The notes under the pieces: model-generated
What the model was told of the DNA's origin: nothing
Database searches by the model: none
Seen by the model: the letters and a program-made list of their open reading frames with translations, nothing else
DNA from: Bugula neritina
Taxonomy: Eukaryota > Animalia > Bryozoa
DNA length: 64,000 nt
Assembly: GCA_964035545.1 (NCBI GenBank)
Contig: OZ037769.1
Location: forward strand, 11,066,633 to 11,130,632
Direction of reading: 5' to 3'
Position numbers and translations under genes: made by a program
Shown here: positions 14,129-28,721 of the stretch, piece by piece
Layout: the number at the start of each line of letters is the position of its first letter
Numbering within the stretch: the first letter of the stretch is position 1

Positions 14129-17100
14129 ATGACTAGTTGTAATAAAGCAGACAGTCGCCTTTCTCCCAACTCTTTGCCCAGTAAGCGTAAAGCCAAGAAC
14201 AGGATATACAAAACCTACTACCATGATATCTACGTGGTGAGCAAACTTAAGGATGTAATATGTTGATTGTGTATAGTTATCTGTAGGGATAGAGAAAACA
14301 GTAAAATTTGCTGGAGGTAGCAAAGTAATTCAAAATTAAAATCTTATATAGATGTTGTAGAACAAAGTTAAAAACATATAGTGATTAGATAAATGCTTCC
14401 TTCGCCTGTACAGTTGAAGTATATAAATACCAGACAATTATGTTTAGATTCACTAAATCATCACCTATCTTCACTCTGTACTGTTTGAGTAGCAGGTTTA
14501 GATTCACTAAATGGTGTGTTTCAATTAATTTTCAAGTAGGAATTACTTTTTCTTATTTTATTCAAACTCATAAAATTCAACAAGAATTAGTTTAAACTGT
14601 CAGCGAGTACGCAAGTTTTTCTTTTGCAGTTAACAATTCCAAATCAGATTACTTACAATAATAAGAAACTTGCTTCGTTTAAATTAAAGAACTACCATAG
14701 CAGTTTTCACCCAGGAAGAGCTGTAAGGGTAAAAAAAACCCAATTACTGGTTATAAAGCTGTCTTCCTGTAATATGAAACTTCAACTTGTAGTGAATATT
14801 TAAAGTGAGTGTTGCTGAGAATAGTACCTTTGCACTAGAGTGTTTCAAGTATATGATAATTTCGACCTGAGTAGATTAGCCAGGGCACTTGTATTGTATT
14901 ATTATACAGGAATAAAAATTGTTGAATGAGCTCAAAAACTTATCTAAATTGGTAGCTTTGTGGTGGTAAGTCAACCTGTTGACTACATTCTCCTCTACAT
15001 TGAATTCTTATTTTTATCACTATCTACCACTTGCCCAAAATTTAGCAAATTTGTTCACAATGTATCTAATTGTGCTGTCTAGCAACTGAACCAATTTACA
15101 TATAATCTCAATTATTTACTTCCTGCAAGTTTAATTACATGGCTTACTAGCAGTCTTTAGTCTAACATATCTACTTATATCTGTAACTTGTTGAATAAAT
15201 TTAGACTGCTTTTTGCATACATATTAGTTTCTGTTATGTATGTGCTTTATTCTTCATCCTTGTTGCTGTTCAGTTTTTTAAGCACAAAAACCTTCTTTCT
15301 TTTTTTCAACCTGTTGTACACTATTGCCCATGGTTTATACCCTAACATAAGTAAACATGCATTTTGAACTGCACATAACCTATATTTGTGCAGTGTTTTG
15401 AAGAACTCGGCTGGAATGGAAATTGAGCAAATATTTTGCATTTTTTTGCTGGTGAATCAAATAAATGATAATCTATATTTACATAACAGATGTTCTCCAT
15501 TACCCAGTGATTGAACTGGATGGTGATATGTACAGCTGTAGGCATTTCACTCCAAAAGATTTAGTATTTACATGGCTGTAACTACACAAAATTATCTTCC
15601 TGCTATTGGAACATAAGGATTGTGAGTTTGGAATCAACACCAAGATTAGTGACTAACCACATTTTCATCATAATATTTCTTGACTTCAAAGAGCTGAAAA
15701 AGGTGGAACTACATTTCTACCTTTTCTGGTCTGTGACTACATTTAATACACTGGAATAAATCCACCAAACAAGTATTTTAATTTGCACTCGTTTAATCAC
15801 TCAAAATATGTTCAAATTTTCTTGTGTCCTAAAGTTGTCTCCCTTGATTTACATGCTACACACTGTGAGTGTTAGAGATTTTTATGTACTATTACTGAGC
15901 CTAAAGTAGAAAATCTGATCATAATAACATATTCTTAATAACTAAATCTTGCTAGACTGATTATCACCATGGAAACTCTTTGAAATAGAATTGGGATGTT
16001 GTACACAATAGTCAATCAATTGCTCTTTTGGTAAATGGCTGTACAGATTCAGACTTGCTACAGGTTTATTATAAATGGTGCTAAATATATAAATTATTAC
16101 CTACAATACTTGTTGCAATATATTGAGTAGTAGAAAGAGAGGGACCGCTCTCAATTCATAAGGAAATAGTTATTCAACCTAGATTTTTCATAGTTCTTTA
16201 TCTTTGAAAGCATGCATAGTAACAGTTACGCAATATAGTACTTTCCGGTATTTCTACATTTTTCACTCTCCCCCTCCCAAATATTATGTTATTGCAGTTC
16301 TCACTCTCTATGGTCCATTGTATAGACATACAGCTAAGAAAAGATCTACAACATAACATAATATAAGATATCTCACTCTCTATTGTATAGACATACAACA
16401 AGCTAACCTCATCTGAGGATTTGAATTCAGAGGACTCTGACCCAGATGAGACTCAGCTGATGCTCAGCTCTCTGGTGCTGAACGCAGATAGTGCTGCCTC
16501 CACTACCTCAGAGCAGCACACAGACTGCAGGTATGCCAGACCAACAACCTGCTTGTCTAAAATAAAAATTGCTGCCAACAAATAAGAATAATATACTATG
16601 CATTGCTATCTCGTAATATTGCCATTTACTTGTTGACAAATATATTTATTTAAAATCTTTTCACAATTATAAGCAACCTGGAACTATTTTGGGCACTTAT
16701 TGGTCAATATTTCCTAGATGTCAGAAATGTAAAAGTTAGCAAATGCTGGGTATGTGATTTCAAGTTGTCTCCTCTTCTCCGGCATATTCTAGTTGCTTTT
16801 ATGGAAGAATAATTATAATTTTTCTTTTTGAAGTATAAACTATGTATTTGCTAGCTAGCACATAGTCCATACTATTATTAATATCTATAAAAATACTAGC
16901 CAATGGCAGATATGTATGCACTTCCAGCCATATACAGAATAGAGTTTGTGATGACCAACACTAATAACCTATGAGATACCTACCCAGCAAGTCAAAGTTC
17001 AGCCATTTCATTCTGTTTTTATAAACTTCTGACAATTTTATCAAAAAACGTCTTAATAAATGTAGTTCATTTCTCTTAGCTAACATTCAGTTTTTGTTAC

Positions 17101-20100
17101 TGGTTTGTTTTAATTATTTTCAAGATGGTTATAACTTTCAAAATTGTCCCCTTACTAAATTACTTTGTGATTTTATTGCCTAAAGTTATTAGAAATAGTG
17201 CTAATAAGGAGTGACTAAGTTACTAGGAATGTGGTTAAGCCCAGCATATGAATTGGATTGTATATAAGAAGTCAGCCGGTCTATTGAAGTATATAATATT
17301 ATGTTCTATCCTAACCTCTGAACAAGCTCGTACTTAGTTGTCTTACTTTAATGTTTGACATCAGTCAATCCCTTGATACTATTGCTGCCGCTGCTTACAT
17401 TGTGTAACCTTCCATTTCGAATATACAATGTGATTATTTATAACCAAATACCCTCATGCCACCATATACTTGCCAATTAACATGAATTGATCAATATTCA
17501 ATATGCATATGATACGCCTTTTAGTACTTATTCCTCTAAACTCACTTGCAGGGGTGCACCAACTAAACAGAGTATTGGCGGTTTGTCAACAGTCGACAGT
17601 GGTGTGGTGTCTCATGATTCTCTGCTGGACCGCTATCGGGAGATAAGTGCCCCTCGGAGTGAGTGCAGTGAGTCACTGTCCTCCAGGTATTCCACACTGG
17701 ATACTACACAGCCGGGCAGGGGTCGGGGCATGGCCGAGTTTGATCCTTTGAATCCTCCAGTCCTGTTGGATAGTAAACTTCGTAGTCAGAGCAGAACAAG
17801 GTATGTGTATGAAATAGAATAAGGTAAATGTACAAATTAGAACAAGGTGTGTGTATAATGTAGAATAAGGTATATGTATGGAGTAGAACAAGGTGTGTAT
17901 GTGGAGTAGAACAAGGTGTATATATAGGCAGCTCTGTTAAGGAAAAAACAGTTGTGTGCTAGTATGTACCACTAACTGCTCCCTCTATAAGTTTAGACAG
18001 TTTCAAAATAATCTACTTTGATGATTTAAAACATTAAATGGATTCCTAATAGTAAAATGTAGTCGAATGGCATTTAATCTGAAAAAGATTATCTACTTAA
18101 AAATAATCGAGAATGGAATTTTCACTTCAGAGGTCTATCTTACTATTAGGTTAACTGATGATTTCATTATCTGGGGGTTTCATTCCACCCCTGCATTACC
18201 TGGGGGTTTCATTCCACCCCTGCATTATCTGGGGGTTTCATTCCACCCCTGCATTACCTGTAGATTAGAAGAGCATCAAATGAGAGGCAAATCTCCCTGT
18301 AGAAGTCATGGGGTCAAGCAGATGATTAACTTCTTTGAAGGATCCCAAGAAGACTTAGCTTCTAGAACTCAGCAGCGTATTACTGGCAGTACTGGTCACC
18401 TCACCCGCACTCCTTCAGGAGCTCAGTCTACTCCTGGCAGCACTAATAACCTACATTACGGCAACTCTACTTATTCCACCAAACAGTATAGCTCCAAGCC
18501 GCCCCCTATCAAACAGCCTCTATACACATCTCCCATCAGACTTGCTAGGAAATCTCGGGCTAAATCTAAACCAGGTAAGAACCTTGCATAATATAATCCT
18601 TATATAACGTGTATAGTATATAGGTATACTTTCACACCTTTCACACCTATACGGTCGTAGTCCTGTACGGGTGACCGGTTTGCAGGTTTCCAATCTCTAT
18701 CAGCGTCTGCCATCTTTCCCGGTCTTCTGCATCCTCTGGTTTAAGATCCCATCGCTTCATGTCATCCATCTTCGTTTGGGTCGTCCTCTCTTTCTCTTCC
18801 CCACTATTTTTAACTCAGTCACACATCTAATATCCTCTTCACTATCTCTCCTCTGCACATGACCATACCACTGAAGTCTTCTCTTCCTCATATACCTAGA
18901 CACAGGTTTAACCTTAGCTTCGCTTCTTATGTCTTATGTCTTATGTGTAGTATATAGGTATACGTTTTATATAATAGCTACCCATGCAAAACTACAGGTG
19001 TCTAGGTGAGAAATAGTATTTATGTATGGGCCTATGTTCCTCTGCATGAAATCATTCATCTGGGTTATGGCTGAAGATGCTGGCAATGGTCAGTGTTGAA
19101 GTAAATATGATCTGCAATAGAGTTTAAATCAAATCTTTGGGTCAGACTAGAAGTTCAGTGAGTTCCAGAAACTATTTAGTAGCAAAATGGCTGCAACTTT
19201 TTGACTTGCATCAAAGTCCATGAAATGTTTTTTATTTAATTTTTATGGATTTTTTAGCAATGCTCAGTTTTCTTTACGTTTCAAGGTAGTTTGCTGTCGT
19301 AGTCTGCTAACTATGTGGAAGTCAGCCTTAAAAGATTGGTCCAATGTAGTCAGCCACCTCATGTATCAGCTCTTCTGATTGGATTAATGACATATTTTGT
19401 GAGCAAATACGTTTTTCAGAGTATTTAAAATATTTCTGAAACAACTTGTTTAATTAAACACTACTTTAGCTTTTGTTTGGCTCCTGTCGTATGTATTAGG
19501 ATTTGTCCACCCATTGTGTAGGAGAAAACAAGTTACGCATCCTGGCATACTGGCTGTATGGAACCTCGTAGCTTATGGAAATGTGAGTTGCATGCTGTAT
19601 AGTAAGGGGAATCTGTACCTTTAGGGTGTAATGTGACTTGATAATGCATAGACTTGTATTAGGCCTACTAGTGAGCCTATAGGTTGGTTACACACTGAGT
19701 TTAAATCTACTAGTTGGTTATATTGTCACAGTTGCTTCTTGTATATAGCAAATATTACCTGAACAAAAGTTCTGTCCTCTAGGTCTAACAATATTTATCA
19801 AGTCGAGCTTAACTAAAGTATCGCTGTGAATAAATTCTGTCATTAAATTAAACTTTTTTTCGGGTTTTAGATGCTACTTTAATTGTAGTTTCTGTATAGT
19901 CAGCAGCGACTTCTAAACCAGTGAATGCAGAAATGCTTCATTGTGGCGTTGAGACATCCTTGTATTGAGTCATGGCGTCACTAAAACAAATGAAATTTTG
20001 AAAAGCTGTGTTAGGTTAAGATATTCATTTGACTGGAGTTGATTGTTGCTCTATTCTATAGTGGGACAACTTTTCATCTTGCAATGTTCTACTAGAGCTA

Positions 20101-23100
20101 ATGTTTAACTTGAAAACCAAGGGATTCTGCACATATATTGGAAGCCAGTGGGCTACAGTCTTTGTAGCATCAGAACTGTCAACTGTGACAGACCCTACAT
20201 CTGCCTTTGCTTAGTGATTGTGTGAAATGTTACAGCAAGCTGCTGATCATGCATCATAATTTTGAATGTCTGATATTCTTTGTGGTGTTTGATTGATTGG
20301 CCATATGTAGAAAAAGGCTGTTTGAAGAGCAACACCTGGCATTGTACAGCCTTTGTGTAATCAGGAAAACACAACCCAGTAACAGTTTAGTAATGGATAG
20401 CACTTTTAGCCTCTTTCAAACTCATTTGAAAACTTAGCACTAAAAATAATTATAATGCAAAACAAAAGGATGTAAATTAAAAAGAATAAATAAAAACAAG
20501 TTTTCACTAACTTCATGTTATGGTTATTTTTCTATCTTTTAATTTTTTTTCTTTTTCTTATTAGTCTTGCTGGTTTACCAAGTCAAAGTTATAGCTTGCT
20601 GCATACCATTTGAAATACTTGTTGTTTCAGTATTTGGTAGAGTGAATTTAAAAAATTTTCTGTAAAATTTAGAAAGGAAAATGATTTTATGAAAGCCCAT
20701 TGCAATAGGAAAGGGTGTGTTACTTTAATCCTAACTTATTTTAAATCAATGTGTTGGACATATAACTTGTCTTCCTTTATATTTGTGTTTATGATCTATC
20801 AGGTCTTCTCTTTTACTCATAGTGTATTGCATATGTGTAGTTTTGATATAATATATTGACAGTATAGAGTATTTGGTTTTGAGTTACATACTCAGACTTT
20901 TCTTCTACTTGAACACAAAAGCTATTTACAATAAAAATAATAGTAACAGTACACCAGCTGGCTATATTACACATATAAATATGCACTTCATGTAGTTTAG
21001 GCATTTCATTCTAGTATATAAAGAAGTAACGAAAAATATATGTTGTGTTTGATTACAAATTGATAAACGATCAGTTTTTCAACTGTTAGCATTGTTACCA
21101 GTCAGTTGATTAGCATGTTGGTTTTAGCTGGAGAACTAAAGTGTCATTGTAACTCAAAGTAAACCATGTGTGCACATACGTGTGACAGCCCTGTGCTTGC
21201 ATAGCTGTGGTGGTGTTGGCTGTACTACTAGTAGTAGTATAATGTAAAGTATAGAACATGTAACATTATCTAACGAGGTAGTTGAAATTATATAAAGAAA
21301 CTTAGAAAAACCTATGTTCTAGACTCTAGATGAAAAATATTGCAAAAGAAAACCAAAACTCATGAAGAAAATTAAAGAACAATTAAAATTTTCCATTTCT
21401 GCAAGTAAATGGTCGTAAAGCTGCAGTTAGCCTTGAAGTTGTGTCAAGACATGTTGGACATGATTATCCTGGGCTGTGAAGGTTTACTTGCTAATGCTAG
21501 GTATTTGGTAGAGCAGAGCAACACGTGACTACTGCAGTTATGGTGCTGGGAAAGCTGCAAAATGTCAATTGTTATTTTGCCAAATTACATGCCATCATTA
21601 TCGTACTACCAGTATGTTTTTGCTATTGACAACTTGCAGTTCTGTTTTATTACTTGTTGCTATACTCAGTGCCCCATTTAAAAGTTGAACCGAAATCTGA
21701 ACAAAGAAACCACTCCTTCATGACTACTCATAGTATTGGTACTATTTGCTACTTGTTGATTCACTCACTGTGACAAGCTCGATGGGCTGTTGCCATTACT
21801 CAATTGTTGACAGTATAAGAACTTGTGTAGTCATAAAATATGACCAACCTGCAGCAAAATATTATATACAATTGCTAAACAATAATATACTCATACTCAT
21901 TAGTAAACATGTTGTTTGTATCACAATAATGTGACTTGAACTATGCTGGTCATAATGAGCATTTTTGTTTATCCATCATATTGGGTAATTAAAACGACAT
22001 ATTGCTGTTATACTTTGATAGACCTTGTTAGCCCCACCATCATCATAGCTTGATAGCTTGATAGCAATAAACTAATAAATAATGAGTAGTACTGCAAAGT
22101 AGCATTTGGCCCCTTGAGCTGTAACTCCCAATGAAAGCTATATTATTACGTTGTAATCGCAATATCACCTTGCCCACTCAAGCGTTAACGCGTATCAGTC
22201 GTCATCCCTCCCCAGCCTTTAACCCGCTCAAGACCCGCAGGCTAATGTATTTTCTATCCTACTTCTACTAGCAGTTCTACGTTTATTTCGCCGGAAAACC
22301 GTACTCTCGCAGGAAGGGAATAAAATATTATTGAATGAAAGCTGTATTTGTTCAATTAATCAATCTAGAACTACACAGTGTCATTGAGTCGGATCGTCGA
22401 GCGAATCATCTAACTTGTCATAAACTTACATTGTTTTCACAAATCCTTTGTTTAGCTCAAATGCAGTGAACTTTTAGCGTTTAGTAAGTAAAATTTGAAG
22501 TGAATGTCTTGGTATTGCCATTGGCCGTTGACTCACTCACACCGACACTCGCAGTCTAACTCTAAACCCTACTACTACTAGTACTAGTACTGCTACAGCT
22601 ACTGTCTACTAGTTACTGATTTACGTGTCACTTCGACACTTGGTCATACTCTTAGTGATTTGATATTTGCACTGACTGTGCTACCAACACTTAGTCTTAC
22701 ACTGTAACTTACTAACTACCTACTATAAGTATACTTTAAACTATAAGACCGAGACGTAAGTATAACTATTAAACTATTAGACTTAGTAGTAGTATTAATA
22801 ATTATACTGATAGTGGTAGTAACTTAAACTGTAAGTGTAACTTCAACATAACGCAAGACTAAGAGTTAGAGTAAGTGCAACTTTATTTATATTTTTAATA
22901 AAATATTAAATTATTATATGCTCATGCTGAATGAGTACGACTATGAGTACATCATTATCAATGTTTAACCATCGCTCACTGTAGGTATAATATAAATTTT
23001 AGTTACTATTAAAATCAGGCGTAACTAAGTCTAATTACTAATAAGAATAAGTACAACTACATGACGTTAGACTTGTAAATGACTAAATCCTTAGATTGAG

Positions 23101-26100
23101 GCAGTTGAAGGACTACGCAGTATCAGTACTATACAGCGAGTACTAGCAGTAGTACTTATATTAAAGTTAGTACCGTCATCTGCTCCTGGACTACGTGCTG
23201 ATACTCACATTTATACTTATCGATATAATTATAATTCATATAAACTAAAACTATAAACTTAACGATAACGGATAATACGAGTGAGTGTCTTTGGCTGACA
23301 CAGACTCCCTCTACGAACCAACTTTCACTCAGGATTAATGAATAAATGCTAAATATAAAAATGACTCTTTCTGGATGTTTTGGCTTTTTAAAGCACACAA
23401 GAAAAAGTAAAAAAAGAGCTGTAGATGGAGGTAAGTTATCAAGTTCTTTTTCACTAAAAGCATTACACTTGCAGGGAGAAATTGTTTAACTTGATCAACC
23501 CCTTGTCACACCAAGATAATTTGGTGGTAGTTCAAAATTGTTCCCAACTCTTTACTGAAATTTAATTAAGATTTACTTCGACTTTAGTGACTGATCTTTT
23601 TTATTCTAGAAAAGTTTTTATCTTCCTGGAAAACTTGAAGGTGGTTTCCAGTATTTATTGACTGTCATTTTGATATCTTCAGCTGTTCCTATAACTAGCT
23701 GTGCTAACTACATTGACTCAAGGTTAATGACAATTGCACCCAGGCATAGTATCCCTCGTGCTCCCCTAGCAACTAATCTTTTCTATACCTGGTCTCTAAA
23801 GCTACATGTACACAGGTCGATTTTTCATGAAAATCGGCCGATAAACTGTTAGCGATTTTTTAGGATTTTTGAAAAATCGGCTGATTTTGCTTTTGGCAGA
23901 TTTTTGTAGCGATTTTCAGAATTGAACATGTTCAATTTATCGGGCGATTTTCTGTTGAACCAGCCAATCAAAAGCTGGCAGAAAATCATGACAGCGAGCG
24001 AAGTTAACACCATTGTTGAAATACAACTAGGAAGTAATTAGTACGTTGCTATCACTACGATGCATCATATATGAAATACAAATATAAAAATAACTATCAA
24101 TCGAAGTAGTACTAGTAGTAATAACAACGCAATTTTTATTTATTAGAACATCAGAATAAACATATTGCTTTTTTAAATAGAACACTGGTATTATTCTCAA
24201 CTTTTACTCATTTATAATACAATTTATAACTTTTAGTTTTAATTTTTATATTTAAGTAACTAATATTAGCATCTCAACTTTATAGTTTAATTTTTGTTGA
24301 AAGAACAGATTTGCACTGATCGTGAATTTTCGTTAGTAATTTAGTTAGCTCCAAGACGGCCGTTTTCTCAACATAAATATAATTGTGAGTTTTTGTTAAT
24401 AAGTTAGCTCCAAGACGGCCGTTTTCTCAACATAAATATAATTGTGAGTTTTTGTTAATAAGTTAGCTCCAAGACGGCCGTTTTCTCAACATAAATATGA
24501 TTGTGAGTTTTTGCTAATTTGCTAAGTTAGCTCCAAGACGGCCGTTTTTCAACATAAATATGATCGTGATTGGTGGCAACAGTCAGTTCGGTGCTGCCTG
24601 TTGTAATATATATACCTCATCATGTACGATTCAGAGATTACTCAAAAATATGTCGACAACTTGGAGAAGTTCCCTGCTCTGTGGGATAACCGTAGTAAGG
24701 TTTATTCAAACAAGGATGCCAAGAAGAGGGCTTGGGCTGACCTGGCAGCTCTTGTTGGAATATCGGCTGAAGAGCTTCAGACTCTTCACAAAACCAATAG
24801 AACTTACTTTGCAAAGGTAATTTAATATAATTTTATACTCACTGCATTTGGAATGAGAAAATTTAAATGATATTTAAATTAATATTCATACAGGTACTAT
24901 GATTTTTAACAGGAGCTGGTGGAGAGGAGCGCAACAAAAAAACATACCCATATTACGAGCAGATGCTTTTTCTTTTGCCAACTCTAAAAACTAGGAGCTC
25001 GCACTCCAACCTTATTGCTGAGGTAAGCAACAGTAGTGATTGTGGTAGTATGCAAATCGATGTAAACATACATTATTTATTAATAGGTTGTTAATTATTT
25101 CACATAATAATATGAGTTTAGGATAGAAATCAGATGATGGATGATGGAAGTAGTCAAGGTGATTCTTCACAACCATCTTCCACATCATCAAGGTCCGAAT
25201 CAATACTTCTGCTGCCAGCTGCATCTAGGACACCTGTGACATCGCCCCCACCTGTGACATTTCCCCGACCTGTAACATCTCCCCCACCTGTGACATCTCC
25301 CCCACCTGTGACATCTCCCCCACCTGTGACATCTCCCCCACCTATGCGTGGCAACACACCACGTAACAGAGGAACAAAAGTTAGTAGTTAGGCTTTCACA
25401 CAATAAAGGTGAACGTGTGAGAGCTGTATACCAGCTATTAAAAATTGTTGTGCCTAAAAAATCCACATGGCAGGATGGTTTAATAACATACTTTAAACAC
25501 GAGAATGCTTAATTAGGGTTAACTGTAATTCGATAACAGATATAGTGGTTTGCTTCATTTACAATCTTACTAAAATGTCAAATAAAAAAGATTTGATTTA
25601 AGTTGGGCAGGTTTGTAATACTTAACACTTTCTTAAATGCTTTTTATGTTCTGTTTTAGCGACCACTAGAATCCAATCCCAAAGATCATCTAAGGATGAA
25701 GTGTTTGGAGTTTCTGAACACTCCAACCAAGGACCACTTGGACTTGTGGGGTGATGCGCTTGTTGCTGACCTACGCCAGATCACCAATGTTGCTGTAAGC
25801 ATTGTAACTAAAAAGACTCAAGACTTCGTTAGTTGCGATTAAAATATTATCAAACCACTGCTTATCAATTCATATACTTTTTGTAGGTAAGGAGACGCTT
25901 GATGCATCGCCTGTCTGGGGAAGTTGTGGATGCTATCTGCCAGCAGTCGGAAACAACTAGGAGGCCATACGTGCCCAGTTTGCTGCCAGCTAGTGCTTCT
26001 GCTGAAGACGGTGCCGTAGCCGAATCACCACATGAGAGTACTTCTTCAATTTTATCGCAACTAAATGCACACATGACTTATGAATATATGTAAATTTTTG

Positions 26101-28662
26101 TATGTTGTGTAAATAAATATATGCATAGTTTTAAACAAAACTGAAACAAAAATATCAATATTTCTTGTAAAATATAATGCAAAATATGTAATATTTTAAT
26201 CAAAAGTACATGCATTGCTAACTAGCAAAAGAGTCAATCATCCCGTTAAATGCTGTTGCAAACCCTGGCCAATAGCCACCATCCTATCCTGCCAGTCAAC
26301 ACGCCCAACCCCATTGAACCATCTGCAAAGAGTCTCCTGGATGTCTTTTGGCTCTCTACCTGCATGATTACCGGCCAGGCGACGTTGCAGTGGATGCAAC
26401 TCTGTTTGAACTTCTTGTCGCCAGGTAGCATTCTCAACATACGCATCGGCATCGACTGTGAATGTCATGGCATTGTTGTCTAGCAGATAGTTCTGCAATG
26501 CACAGCATGCCATTATGATGTTGTCTACCTTGTCAGGCTGCAGATTAATTGGCCGCTGGAATATCCGCCACATTGCCACGAGTCTACCAAATGAGTTTTC
26601 TGTGATTAAAATAAAATATCGAAATTGGTAAACAAATCATTTCTTTAGTTTAACTTCACTGAATGTATTCCATAATTGTAATTAAAAAAAGTATTTACAT
26701 ACCAACAATTCTCCTGGCTCGACTGAGCCTGTAGTTGAACACCAGTTTATCGTTGCTGAGTGGGCCACGAGACCTTGGATATGGCTTCATCATGTACTTT
26801 TTTAGCGGAAATGCCTCGTCTGATACGAAGTGGTAGGGTACGAGGCTATCAGTGTATGGCAAGCATGCATCATCTGGGAGGTGTACTTGGTCACTCTCAA
26901 GTAACTCCTTCAGAGGCGACTCTCTCCATATGCCTGCGTCTGAACTTCTGCCATTGGCCCCAACGTTTATGTAGATGAACCTACAAAGTATCAGATGCTG
27001 TCATTTTGTGGAAAGAGCATGTCTGCACTCAAATAAATTTAAGGTTGAAAATTAATTTTTGCATTCAAGAGAGTAAGGATGCATTAATTACCTTTGATTT
27101 GCGTCTGCTATGGCCATCAACACTATGCTTTCATAGCCTTTATAGTTGTGGAATGCTGAACCAGCAGACTTGGGCTTCATTATCCGCTAAAATAAGCCAC
27201 AAACACCACAAAATTGAAATACTCTGCGCCTTGAAAATTGCCTACAAATAACAATTTCATTTTGTAATACATACAATATGCTTGCCGTCTAGAGATCCGA
27301 TGCAGTTAGGATAGTTCCATCTAGCAAGGTAGTCCTTTGCTACTGCTCGCCATTCATCTGCGCTCTGTGGAAACCTTAGATGGGTTGGCTGAAGCACTTT
27401 ATAAATTGCAGCACACACCTCATGTATAATGTTGGATATTGTTTTTACACCTTCAATATGAAATGAAGAGCATACAAAAACAAAATAGTATTATGCAAAC
27501 AACCAAGTAATATTACATTACATACTATTACAAAATATATATATACCTACCTAGACGAAATTGGTAATGAAGATCGCTCATTGTTGCCCCAGTTGCTAGG
27601 AAGCGTAGAGTGCAGGAAAGGCGAGTCCGAGGATCAATGGCAGGCCGCATCTGAGTGTCTTGTTTTTTTGTTAGTGGAGTGACCATTTCCAGCAGCTTGT
27701 CGAAGAGTGGCTCTGGCATACGAAAGTAGTGAGTGAAAGTCCCTACCCTTCGCGAACTATCATCACGTAGCAGCTTAGGGACTGTTGTATTCATTGCACC
27801 TATAATTTAAAATACAAACAAGAAGTAATTAATAAATATACATTCCCATCAATATGATATTTAGGTGAGTTCAATTAATTTAGTATAGACTGCAATTAAA
27901 CATTAATAGTTATAAATTAGAATCACCAAATAACTAAATAATTAAATAATTAAATGTCATAAAACACTCACCTATTTGTAGGATGTAGGTTAATGAAGAG
28001 AAGTAAGAATATTTTTTTGTTTAATTTAATAAGTCAATTGATTTTTAGTTTGAAACTCATACATTAAATTAATCTCTCAAACTTGAATTGCAATATTTCT
28101 TTGTGAGATTTGGCAAATAACTATACATTTTATGTACCTATAAAATCATTAACAAATTTTCAATATTCGACTATTATTGAAATAGAGGTTTAAGAAATTG
28201 AATTAATTTTCGTTTAAATTTTAAATCTGCCTTTTAAGAGCAAACTTTAAAGTCTTAGTCTAATATTGAACGCATGTTATCAATTTTTGTTGTTTTTTTC
28301 AGATTATTTAGAGGATTTTACACAAAATAAGATTAAGTGTAATTACAATATTTCAGTTTCACAACTTGAACTAAAAAATACTCATACTGATACAAAATTA
28401 GACAGCCTAATACAGTAATACTAATAGTAATAATAATTTACTAATTATTTTATGTTATTCATATTGTTTGACATTAGGGATTTGTACTAAATCATTTATG
28501 AAATACAAGTAACTACATAAATTGAATGTATGTTAACGTACTACTACTACTACTACTGCTACTGCTGCTGCTGCTACTACTAGTACTACTACTGCTACTA
28601 CTACTACTACTGCTACTATTACTACTAGTACTACTACTAGTACTAGTACTACACACTAGTAC

Positions 28663-28721
<59 letters not shown>

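Noticed and set aside
24900-24902. Selenocysteine or programmed readthrough of the MADF TGA
   Set aside because: No SECIS recognised; a simple nonsense mutation is more parsimonious.
27280-27290. Second GC donor in the transposase (GAC G|GCAAGC)
   Set aside because: The conserved DGKHI motif continues to a normal GT donor at 27274.
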